32,661 bases of DNA. Source: a virus (Duplodnaviria; Caudoviricetes). The translations under genes and the position numbers were made by a program. The notes beneath the pieces were generated by a model. The model was not told the origin of the DNA and searched no databases. It saw only the letters and a list, made by a program, of their open reading frames with translations. Within the stretch, counting starts at the first letter, position 1. Every line of letters begins with the position of its first letter. Positions 24,633 through 32,661 of this stretch are shown in pieces. The stretch spans positions 1 through 32,661 of IMG/VR virus record IMGVR_UViG_3300014202_000273; one strand, written 5' to 3'.

Positions 24633-27600
24633 AACCGCTAAAGATATTGCCGATAAGTATTTGAATACCCCTAAAACGGAAACACCCGTTCCGGTTGATA
24701 TTCAGTATGATGAAAACGTACACCCGTTTTTTGAAGGGCAAGCGGTTACAAGTTTGGCGCCTAAGTATCAGCCGTCACCTAGTTTTTTTGAATCTGTAGG
24801 TCAGAGTTTTGTTCAAAATAATGATTTTGGATTAGCCTATAAGTTTTCAGCAGAACAAGAAAACCAAAATAATCCACTTTTTGACCCCGTACCTGAAAAC
24901 TGGAAAGTATCAGATGACGAATCAAACTTCGCAGGAATCCAGCAAAAGTATTATGGCTACATCATGGATGCTTCCGGTCCAAAAGATGCTAAGCGTCGCT
25001 ATTATCATGTTTTGGATTTACAAGAAGCGGATGATTATTACAACCGTGGTTCATTCTTAGCGCATTTGATTGGTGGTATACCCGCGGCATTATTAAGCCC
25101 AACTTCATTTATTCCAATGGCGGCAACCGTAAAGTATGCGCGACTAAGCACAACGATGCTTGAAAACATACCGAAAGTTGTTAGTGGTGTGGCAGGTTCA
25201 GCCGTTGCGCACGAAGCATGGGTGGAAACAAACAAAGTAGGTGGCAATCTTGAAGACTTCGCGCTCAACGCCTTTACAGACACTATTATGGGTACTGCTT
25301 TTATCGGTGCTGGCTTGGGGCTTGGTCATGGGTTTGACGGTCTTAAGTTTTGGAACGCCAGAGAACAAGTTAAGCTCAATTATGAGGGGGTGGATGTTAA
25401 GCCACTCGTTAATGAAGACGGCATAATTGAAAGATATGTTGCAAGCTCAAATACATTAAGCGCGGCTCGTGTTTCCGAGGCAGAGGCTTTTGTAAACTCT
25501 ACTATGGCTCAAACTGGGTTATTTGCAATTCCTAAAATTGGCGGCTGGTTTGGCAAAGGTGCTGGTAAAATTAATCCTATTATTCGTGGGTTAAATTCCC
25601 GCTTTCCTGTTATGCGCGGTTACGTTGATCGCATTGCAGATCATGGTCTTGTTACGGAAGGGAACATTGCTGGCAACGCTTCACCAGATAAGTTTGAAAT
25701 AATGATGGCTAATTTATCGGGCGATAATACCGCCATGTATTTACAGCTAAAGGGTTTGCACTTAGAGCGTAACGGCATCGAGCCAGGTAATGCCGCCATC
25801 AACTTGGTTGCTAAAACAAAAGCAAAGTGGAAAGGTGATGGATACACAGACGAATCAAAATTTGCTAATGAGATTGTTGATGTATTGATTAATGAAACGC
25901 CTAGTCCGCATGGTGCAGTTAATGAAGCGGCTAATATGCTTCGCACTAAAATGGATGAGAGTTACAAAGCATTTCGTGAAGCATACGGTTTGCCTGAGTC
26001 ATGGTTACCGCCTAAAACGTCCCGCGGCTTTTTATCGAGAGTCTATGATGTAGCGCAAATGAATCAGAGACCGGATGAATGGGAATCTATGTGGGTTGAA
26101 TGGTTAAAACATGCTGATGGCTTAATCAATTCTTACATGAAGCCTATCCGAGATTTAGAGAAACAAATTAAGCTCGATGAAGCTGTACATCAAAATTATA
26201 TACGCACACCAAATTTAACTAGCGCTCAGATAAAAGCCTCTGCCGATAAACTTTTAAACCAACAAAAGAAATTAAAGCAGATGAAAAACAAAGTTCAGGA
26301 TGAGATGCGCTCTAATGAAAATTTGCGTATGCACTTAGACGATTTTGGCGCGCTTTCTGCAAAAGAAGCGTCAGCGCTTAGAAAGCTAAAAAAGCCATTG
26401 AGCGAGATGAACAAAAAACTTAAAGCGGCTAGAGAGGCGCTTGCCAAGCATAAGTTTGAAATGATGAAAGCTAAGTCCAGCGCCTCTAAAGCTAAAACCA
26501 AAGAGACTGCCGTAAAGTACATGACAGAATATGACAAGCTAGAAAAAGGCTTATCAAAGCTAGAGGATGACGCTAGAGCATTGCGTGATTTGCGCGACAA
26601 AGAAACTGACCGCTTGCAAGAGTTAGTGCAGGACGGAAAAGTTGACCCAATTCTCTATGAGAAAATTCCCGATAGCCAATTAGTCAAATTTAAGAAAACG
26701 TCAGATCGTTTAAAGTTTAGAGATACTTTTGAATCTGAATTTCACATGCGTCAATCGGCTAAGGCTTACCATGAAACAATAACCAATCAAACTGCCGAAG
26801 ATACAATTAATCAGATTATGGGTAGTATGCTTGGACGTCATGGCGAGAATACTCTTAAAGAAAGAACGCTGATGATTCCCGATGAGATTTTGTATAAAAA
26901 CAATTTCCTATCAAAAAACCTTGGCGTTAATGTTATGAATTACAGAAATGTATTAGGCAGAAAAACATTCCTGAAAAATGTATTCAAAGACGTAACACTT
27001 GAGGGTGGTATCAAGCCTATTGTGCTTGAACTGGATAATCAAGCTAGAGGCATGAGAAATGCTATCACTGAAAAAATCAAATCAGTGAAAGCCAGCAAAA
27101 AGCCTGAAAAAGAAAAAGCCGCTGAGATTGCAAAGCTGGAAAAAGAAGCCCTTGATTTATCCAAAGACTTTAACAACACCAAAGAAGATATGAACCTTTG
27201 GTATAACAAAATGATGGGGCGCGTTAGCGGTAGTGCCAAGATGCGCCAGTTTGCCAAAGTTACCCGTAGCTTTGCGGCCAGCGTAAGGTTAGGAGCCGTA
27301 CCATTAACCATGTCTACAGATACCATGGCTATAGCTTTCAAGCATGGTTTATGGCCGCAAGTTCGTGACGGTTTATTACCAATGCTAAGTAATGCTTATA
27401 ATTTAATGAAGGGTGGCAAAGGCAATGGTTATGCTGAAAACGCAGGTCATGCAAACCTTGGATTAAACCATGCACTTTCCGGTTACTCAGATCGTAATTG
27501 GGCTGGTAGGTCACAACCTTATGAGCCAGTCGGCAACAAATTAGTTAGCGGCATGGAAAAGATGGGACAACTATCAGGCAACCTAGCTGGTACTAACTAC

Positions 27601-28467
27601 ATCGAAAACTTCCTGCAAAGATGGACTGCCTCGGTAGTTCAAAGCAAAGTTATTCGCTACATGCTGGATTACAAAGCTGGAACCTTATCTGCTAAGAATA
27701 AAGAAAAACTTTTAGTATATGGTTTAGACCCTGAAAAGTGGGCTGATCGTATGCTCAAGGGTTGGGAATCACGAGGTAAAGACGGCAACGGTATTGGCGG
27801 TTATCAAAGTCGTTACTGGGAATGGGCTGATCTTGAAGCCTCCAACAAAATGGCTGAGACAATTCAACGCGGCGTTCGTGACACAATTATTCGTCGCGGT
27901 ATGTTTGACGCGCCGTTTGCCATGGATGACCCAATGTTCAGTATTATTTTCAGTTTTAAAGGCTGGGTAATGGCATCGTTAACGCGCTACCTCACGCCTT
28001 TAATGCAAAGACCTGATGCTGAAAAATTGATTGGCACCATGTTAATGCTCACGGCTGGAGCGACCGTCACCCCATTGCGACGCCTCGCTAAAGGTGAAGA
28101 CCCTATTCAAGAAGACGATAATATGTTCTGGAACGCTATGGTCGATGGTGGTGTATTTAGTTCTGTCACCGATACATTAGAATATGCCAACGTATTAATG
28201 GGCGGCAACCTTTTAAAGGATGTTAAGAACGATAGATATGCTGAGCGCACAATAGCGGGTGCATTAGCTGGACCCGTAGGTGGTATGGCTGAGGATTTTG
28301 TACATATTATTAAAATGATGAGTAGTGGTAATTTCAATCAAAACGACGTCAATAAAATGGCGCGTTTGATTCCATTCACTCAATCATGGCACACACGCTA
28401 TCTTAGCAACAAAATGGTAGAGTCTTTTGGCTTACCAAAAACGTATAATGAAGCAAGCAGACAATAG
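24622..28467 (+). CDS. Large internal virion (ejection) protein, gp16-like
   Basis: 1281 aa with coiled coils, a C-terminal IFSFKGW / GP.GG / RLIPF pattern, and synteny. Confidence 0.75.
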   Translation: MENRTAKDIADKYLNTPKTETPVPVDIQYDENVHPFFEGQAVTSLAPKYQPSPSFFESVGQSFVQNNDFGLAYKFSAEQENQNNPLFDPVPENWKVSDDESNFAGIQQKYYGYIMDASGPKDAKRRYYHVLDLQEADDYYNRGSFLAHLIGGIPAALLSPTSFIPMAATVKYARLSTTMLENIPKVVSGVAGSAVAHEAWVETNKVGGNLEDFALNAFTDTIMGTAFIGAGLGLGHGFDGLKFWNAREQVKLNYEGVDVKPLVNEDGIIERYVASSNTLSAARVSEAEAFVNSTMAQTGLFAIPKIGGWFGKGAGKINPIIRGLNSRFPVMRGYVDRIADHGLVTEGNIAGNASPDKFEIMMANLSGDNTAMYLQLKGLHLERNGIEPGNAAINLVAKTKAKWKGDGYTDESKFANEIVDVLINETPSPHGAVNEAANMLRTKMDESYKAFREAYGLPESWLPPKTSRGFLSRVYDVAQMNQRPDEWESMWVEWLKHADGLINSYMKPIRDLEKQIKLDEAVHQNYIRTPNLTSAQIKASADKLLNQQKKLKQMKNKVQDEMRSNENLRMHLDDFGALSAKEASALRKLKKPLSEMNKKLKAAREALAKHKFEMMKAKSSASKAKTKETAVKYMTEYDKLEKGLSKLEDDARALRDLRDKETDRLQELVQDGKVDPILYEKIPDSQLVKFKKTSDRLKFRDTFESEFHMRQSAKAYHETITNQTAEDTINQIMGSMLGRHGENTLKERTLMIPDEILYKNNFLSKNLGVNVMNYRNVLGRKTFLKNVFKDVTLEGGIKPIVLELDNQARGMRNAITEKIKSVKASKKPEKEKAAEIAKLEKEALDLSKDFNNTKEDMNLWYNKMMGRVSGSAKMRQFAKVTRSFAASVRLGAVPLTMSTDTMAIAFKHGLWPQVRDGLLPMLSNAYNLMKGGKGNGYAENAGHANLGLNHALSGYSDRNWAGRSQPYEPVGNKLVSGMEKMGQLSGNLAGTNYIENFLQRWTASVVQSKVIRYMLDYKAGTLSAKNKEKLLVYGLDPEKWADRMLKGWESRGKDGNGIGGYQSRYWEWADLEASNKMAETIQRGVRDTIIRRGMFDAPFAMDDPMFSIIFSFKGWVMASLTRYLTPLMQRPDAEKLIGTMLMLTAGATVTPLRRLAKGEDPIQEDDNMFWNAMVDGGVFSSVTDTLEYANVLMGGNLLKDVKNDRYAERTIAGALAGPVGGMAEDFVHIIKMMSSGNFNQNDVNKMARLIPFTQSWHTRYLSNKMVESFGLPKTYNEASRQ

Positions 28468-28478
28468 GGATATCTACC

Positions 28479-30998
28479 ATGACAAGTGTAATTATCGATG
28501 ACACCCTTCCGTACACGCAGAGTATTGCTACAGCCGCGCAAACTGTTTTTGATACCAACTGGACTGTTGACGCCATAACCGATGTGGTTGTGTATGCCCG
28601 CGCCGATGGTGTGGCGCCGAATGACGTCACTCAAGTAGTTTCATCGATTAATTACACTGTTACTCTAATCGGCGTACAGCAGACTGTCAGGGTTACATTC
28701 TTGGTTGGGCGTACTGTTGACGATGTTATTACCATTACGCGCAACACCCCCGCAGATCGTGACAATATTTACATTAATACCAATTTTACCCCATCGATGC
28801 TAAATGGTGATTTTGGGCGTCAGGTTTTAATGATTCAGCAAAACGACCTTTACAACACCCAATTAACGCCGCGCTACAATACAAGCGCCACAATTGAGCC
28901 AGTAGTCGATACGATTCTACCCATTTTGATTGCTAGCCAGTCATGGCGCAAAAACGCAGGGAATACAGCGTTTGAGGGTTTTGTTGCATTAGGTCAGCCT
29001 GAGATAGACCCGATTACATTTATTGTAAAGACGGCAGACCCATTAGTGCCAGCCGCGCAATCGCTGGGTGCATTAACAACGGGTATTTTACTTAACACGG
29101 TTGTCGCAACAACTGGAACGCTTTCCATTAGTGCGCCCCTTACCTCGCTACATCTTGCGGGCATTGCCGCCGATCAATTCCCATACGGCACTGGTACTAA
29201 CACCTATGGAGTATCTGGCATTTCCGCATATAGCCGAACCTTATTACCAGAAGCAAGTCTTGCCGCATGGCAAACCGCTCTGGGTATTCCTGGGGGTGGC
29301 GGCGCTTACTTTGCCATTGCCAATAATCTTTCCGAAGGTGTGCCTGCAACCATGCGCACTAATCTTGGATTAGTCATTGGTACTGACGTACAAGCCTATG
29401 ATGCTACGCTTCAAAGTCTTTCAAGTCTTGGCACCATGTCCGATGTATTTGCTTACACGACTGGCGTCGATACATGGGCAGAAACTCCCATAACGGCTTT
29501 AGGGCGATCTTTGTTAGGTGATGCTAGCCAAGCTGACATGAACACTACAATTGGTTCCTTGCCTCTTGCTGGTGGCACCATGACAGGCAATTTAATCCTG
29601 AATGGTCCTGCAACTTTAGCAAGTCAGGCTGTCACGCTCTCTCAGCTTAATTCTGTGATCTTGAATGAGCAGTTAGCTTGTGTGGTAGCAACCGATACCG
29701 ACTTACCAACGTGGACGTATGACAACGGTGTATTAGGCGTGGGTGCAACCTTAACTGCCCCTAGCAATGGTGCATCGACTTTTGATGGCATTATTCCTAC
29801 TGATGGTCAGCGGGTATTAGTTTTATTCCAGACTACTAACCCAGCATGGCAGGGCGCCTATACAATCGTTCAGGGTACAGGCGGCACACCTACCGTATTA
29901 ACCCGCGCAACGGATTGGGACCAAGCCGCTGAAATGAACGCTGGCGATATTTTCTCAGTAGTCACGGGTACAACCTACGGCGCGTCACAGTGGATGTTTG
30001 CTCAGACTGCCGCTATTACTGTTGGCACCACCGCTTTGAACTTTACGCAATTAGCTGGTCAGGGCGCATTGCTTCGGGCGAACAACCTTTCTGATCTGCC
30101 TAGCCCATCAACCGCTAGAACTAATCTTGGCTTGGTCATTGGCACTAATGTTCAGGCTTATGACGCTACCTTGCAAAGTATCTCTGCGCTTGGTACTGCC
30201 GCAGACAAAATAATTTACACGACGGGTATCGACACATGGGCAGAGGCCGATATCACAGCATTAGGGCGCACCCTCTTAGCTGATGCAACCGCTTCCGATA
30301 TGCGCGATACAATTGGCGCGTCACCCTCAGCATTAGCTACCAATCAGATTTTTGTGGGTAGTGCTGGCGGTGTAGCCACAGCCGTTGCGCTGTCTGGTGA
30401 TGCTACAATTGCCGCTAGTGGGGCGTTAACAATTGCGGCTAATGCAATTACCACGACTAAGATTGCAGATAACAATGTCACTAATGCCAAACTTGCTGAA
30501 ATGGCAACCCTTACAATTAAGGGTAATAATACTGGCGGAACGACCGAGGCATTAGATTTAACGGTTGCTCAGGTTCAGGCTATGCTTGCGCCAGCGTGGG
30601 CAACTTTCACGCCAACTTTAACCCTTGTTGGTGGCGGCGGAAATGTTGTGCCAACTTACACTTCTGTTAGTACGGGAAGGTACGTAAGAGAAGGCAACAC
30701 AATAACAGCTATGATCAATTTTTCGAACACGGCTGGTGGTACGGCTGGCGCTGGCACTGGCCAGCTAACAATGGCATTACCAGTTACACCTGGAGCATCC
30801 TGTGTTGGGCAACTATTGCCAATAGGCCGCTTGGTACAAGGTGTTAATACATTTCAGCTATTAGCCGCAATTACGGCAAGCACTGCAACAGCGTCTCTGT
30901 TTTATCTGAATGGCTCTACATTAAATGTCGTCACTGGTGCAGATCAAAGTAACGGCATCAGAGTATTGCAAACTACATTAATTTATGAAGTCGATTAA
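28479..30998 (+). CDS. Tail fibre protein
   Basis: N-terminal adaptor-binding domain (ITITR.TP...LNGDF....MIQQ), Thr/Ala/Gly-rich repeated shaft units and a beta-rich tip. Confidence 0.88.
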   Translation: MTSVIIDDTLPYTQSIATAAQTVFDTNWTVDAITDVVVYARADGVAPNDVTQVVSSINYTVTLIGVQQTVRVTFLVGRTVDDVITITRNTPADRDNIYINTNFTPSMLNGDFGRQVLMIQQNDLYNTQLTPRYNTSATIEPVVDTILPILIASQSWRKNAGNTAFEGFVALGQPEIDPITFIVKTADPLVPAAQSLGALTTGILLNTVVATTGTLSISAPLTSLHLAGIAADQFPYGTGTNTYGVSGISAYSRTLLPEASLAAWQTALGIPGGGGAYFAIANNLSEGVPATMRTNLGLVIGTDVQAYDATLQSLSSLGTMSDVFAYTTGVDTWAETPITALGRSLLGDASQADMNTTIGSLPLAGGTMTGNLILNGPATLASQAVTLSQLNSVILNEQLACVVATDTDLPTWTYDNGVLGVGATLTAPSNGASTFDGIIPTDGQRVLVLFQTTNPAWQGAYTIVQGTGGTPTVLTRATDWDQAAEMNAGDIFSVVTGTTYGASQWMFAQTAAITVGTTALNFTQLAGQGALLRANNLSDLPSPSTARTNLGLVIGTNVQAYDATLQSISALGTAADKIIYTTGIDTWAEADITALGRTLLADATASDMRDTIGASPSALATNQIFVGSAGGVATAVALSGDATIAASGALTIAANAITTTKIADNNVTNAKLAEMATLTIKGNNTGGTTEALDLTVAQVQAMLAPAWATFTPTLTLVGGGGNVVPTYTSVSTGRYVREGNTITAMINFSNTAGGTAGAGTGQLTMALPVTPGASCVGQLLPIGRLVQGVNTFQLLAAITASTATASLFYLNGSTLNVVTGADQSNGIRVLQTTLIYEVD

Positions 30999-31021
30999 TC
31001 AAACTAAAGAGGAAGTTAAAA

Positions 31022-31327
31022 ATGTCACCCGAAGAAATTAAAAAGTTACAAGATCAAGTCAAAGGTTTAACGGCAAACGGTCAGGCTTTAAGAGAGCAAT
31101 TGCATGAGTTAACTGATTCATGCGCAACAGTTCGCACTAACCTGAATTTAATGAATCAGCATTACAGCGAAGCTATGGAAAAGAACAAACACCTAGTTCA
31201 GCTTAATCAGGTTTTAGAGTCGCAGGGTAAAGATTTGAATGCTGAAAACATGCGCTTGAATCAGAAGATTAATGAGCTAACTTCACTAGAGGCACCGTTG
31301 CCGCCAGCCGAAGAAGGTGTTAACTAA
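31022..31327 (+). CDS. Coiled-coil hypothetical protein
   Basis: GAGGA RBS and heptad repeats. Confidence 0.75.
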   Translation: MSPEEIKKLQDQVKGLTANGQALREQLHELTDSCATVRTNLNLMNQHYSEAMEKNKHLVQLNQVLESQGKDLNAENMRLNQKINELTSLEAPLPPAEEGVN

Positions 31328-32634
31328 TTTACGTTAAAATACCTTTTAGAAATCCATACCCGCACCAAGCGAGAATGCTTAAGTCGTTAGCACAAGACAA
31401 AAACATTCTCGCTGTAATTCATCGCCGCGCAGGCAAGGACATTTTTTGTACAGATGCTCTAACCTATCGCGGATTAAAAAGAGTAGGTACTCACCTATAT
31501 CTTTTTCCATTACACAAGCAAGCCCGCTCTGTTATCTGGCAGGGCATGGACTTTGAGGGTATTCCATTTCTAAATGCCGTACCCCATGCACTCATTGAAA
31601 AAAAGAATGAGGCTCGCATGGAGATTGATCTGTTTAACGGTAGCAAGTTAATCCTGGGCGGTTCGAACAACTATGATGGCTTGATGGGTACTAACCCCGT
31701 CACGATTATTTACTCTGAGTTTTCTCTGCATAACCCAATGGCTCGCCAGCATCTTGACCCTATCTTAATTCAGAATAAGGGAATCGAGATTCTGCAATAC
31801 ACGCCTCGTGGTATGAACCACGGCTTTGAAATCTACAACACCGTCAAAGACAATCCCGATTACCACATTGAGCATTTGAGTGTAGAGCAAACATTCAAGC
31901 ATGACGGCAAGCGTATTATCACAGACGAAGATATTGCTAGAGCAAAAGCTCGTGGCATGTCAGAGGAAATGATACGGCAGGAATTCTATGTAGATTTTGA
32001 AGTCGGCAACCTCGGCGCATACTACACGCGCGAGATGAGTGACATGGTGCGCGAAGGTAGAATTTTACCTATAAAGCCAGACCCCTCACTTCCGCTTCAC
32101 ACCATTTGGGATTTGGGCGGGACCGACGCAACCGCTGGCTTGGTGTATCAGATTGTCGGGAAATACATCCATATCTTGATGCTACTGCATGATACAGGTT
32201 TTGGTTTAAAGCATTACCTAGACCTAGCCGAGCGTTACCGTCAATCCGTTGGCTGTCGCTGGGGGCAACACTGGATGCCTCACGATGTTAAGCAAGAACA
32301 CCAAGGATGGGAACACACCGAGTCTCGTATCATGCAAGCTCGCAAGCATGGTTGGCAATTAATGGTTGTACCGAAGGTAAACTTCCAAGACGGTATCGAA
32401 GCCGTCAGATACATGTTCCCGCGCCTTAGAATCGATTCGCTCAACTGCCAGCAATTGCTAAGAGCAATACGAGAATATCAACGTCAGTTTAAAGAAGGTC
32501 AGGGTGTATTTTCTAAGATGCCATTAGAAAACTGGGCAGTACACATTGCAGATGCACTACGCTATCTCGCGCTAAACTATAAACGCCTCTACGACACCCC
32601 GCAAGCCCCTCACAAATACGAAACATCCCAGTAG
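31327..32634 (+). CDS. terL: Terminase large subunit (probable ATT start at 31327; first ATG at 31375)
   Basis: Walker A HRRAGKD, Walker B IIYSE, coupling motif YTPRG.NH, QEFY.DF, nuclease WDLG..D and H.ADALRY. Confidence 0.95.
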   Translation: MYVKIPFRNPYPHQARMLKSLAQDKNILAVIHRRAGKDIFCTDALTYRGLKRVGTHLYLFPLHKQARSVIWQGMDFEGIPFLNAVPHALIEKKNEARMEIDLFNGSKLILGGSNNYDGLMGTNPVTIIYSEFSLHNPMARQHLDPILIQNKGIEILQYTPRGMNHGFEIYNTVKDNPDYHIEHLSVEQTFKHDGKRIITDEDIARAKARGMSEEMIRQEFYVDFEVGNLGAYYTREMSDMVREGRILPIKPDPSLPLHTIWDLGGTDATAGLVYQIVGKYIHILMLLHDTGFGLKHYLDLAERYRQSVGCRWGQHWMPHDVKQEHQGWEHTESRIMQARKHGWQLMVVPKVNFQDGIEAVRYMFPRLRIDSLNCQQLLRAIREYQRQFKEGQGVFSKMPLENWAVHIADALRYLALNYKRLYDTPQAPHKYETSQ

Positions 32635-32661
32635 GCTTTTAAGCACAACACTTCCTCGTAC
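32575..32661. repeat. Inverted repeat R, outer copy, right window edge (exact reverse complement of 12236-12322)
   Basis: 87/87 identity read by eye, running to the window edge. Includes the last 19 terL codons and the stop. Confidence 0.97.

Larger units (their letters stand above)
1..32661. mobile_element. Near-complete tailed bacteriophage genome (T7-like podovirus virion module with lambda-type O/P replication)
   Basis: Portal, scaffold, capsid, tail adaptor/nozzle, three internal virion proteins, tail fibre, TerS and TerL, plus phage early genes. No host housekeeping genes. Confidence 0.97.

Noticed and set aside
239-29373. Many antisense or nested ORFs in the track (e.g. 239-427, 3839-4072, 17915-18265, 21301-21705, 25641-25946)
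   Set aside because: They are shadows of well-supported genes and lack motifs or RBSs.
28479-30998. Diversity-generating retroelement or invertase-driven tail-fibre switching
   Set aside because: No reverse transcriptase or invertase is present. The fibre repeats are in-frame and their differences are not adenine-specific.
1-32661. Direct terminal repeat or simple circular overlap of the window ends
   Set aside because: The two ends do not match each other. Each matches an internal site in reverse complement.
1-32661. Stop-codon reassignment, CRISPR array, host assignment
   Set aside because: Long genes are intact in the standard code and no repeat-spacer array was seen. The host cannot be determined from the sequence alone.

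Overview
The window reads as a nearly complete genome of a tailed dsDNA phage with a short-tailed (podovirus) virion. The left ~11 kb (arm A) holds early genes: RadC/JAB, a RecE-like exonuclease next to an uncharacterised partner, an HTH_17 regulator, an Acb2/Tad1-like protein, a lambda O/P-type replication pair with an iteron origin, HNH and VRR-NUC nucleases, and a structured ncRNA cluster. The right ~20 kb (arm B) holds a lysozyme-like gene, TerS, a T7-like morphogenesis module and TerL. I found no integrase, CI repressor, DNA polymerase or RNA polymerase. The main finding is architectural. Bases 1-85 are the exact reverse complement of 11153-11237, and bases 32575-32661 are the exact reverse complement of 12236-12322. 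The 1170-bp segment 11153-12322 (R) therefore most likely occurs twice in inverted orientation, separating two unique arms in a ~33.66-kb genome with a herpesvirus-like or 2-micron-like layout. R carries a J-domain gene, an operator-bearing early promoter, a G-rich candidate packaging region and the TerL 3' end. Other signals are a candidate C4/CI-like antisense RNA whose two loops match adjacent sites in the replication leader, a probable ATT start for TerL, and a TCACG-N4-CGTGA operator set. All protein calls come from motif recognition by eye, with no database searches.
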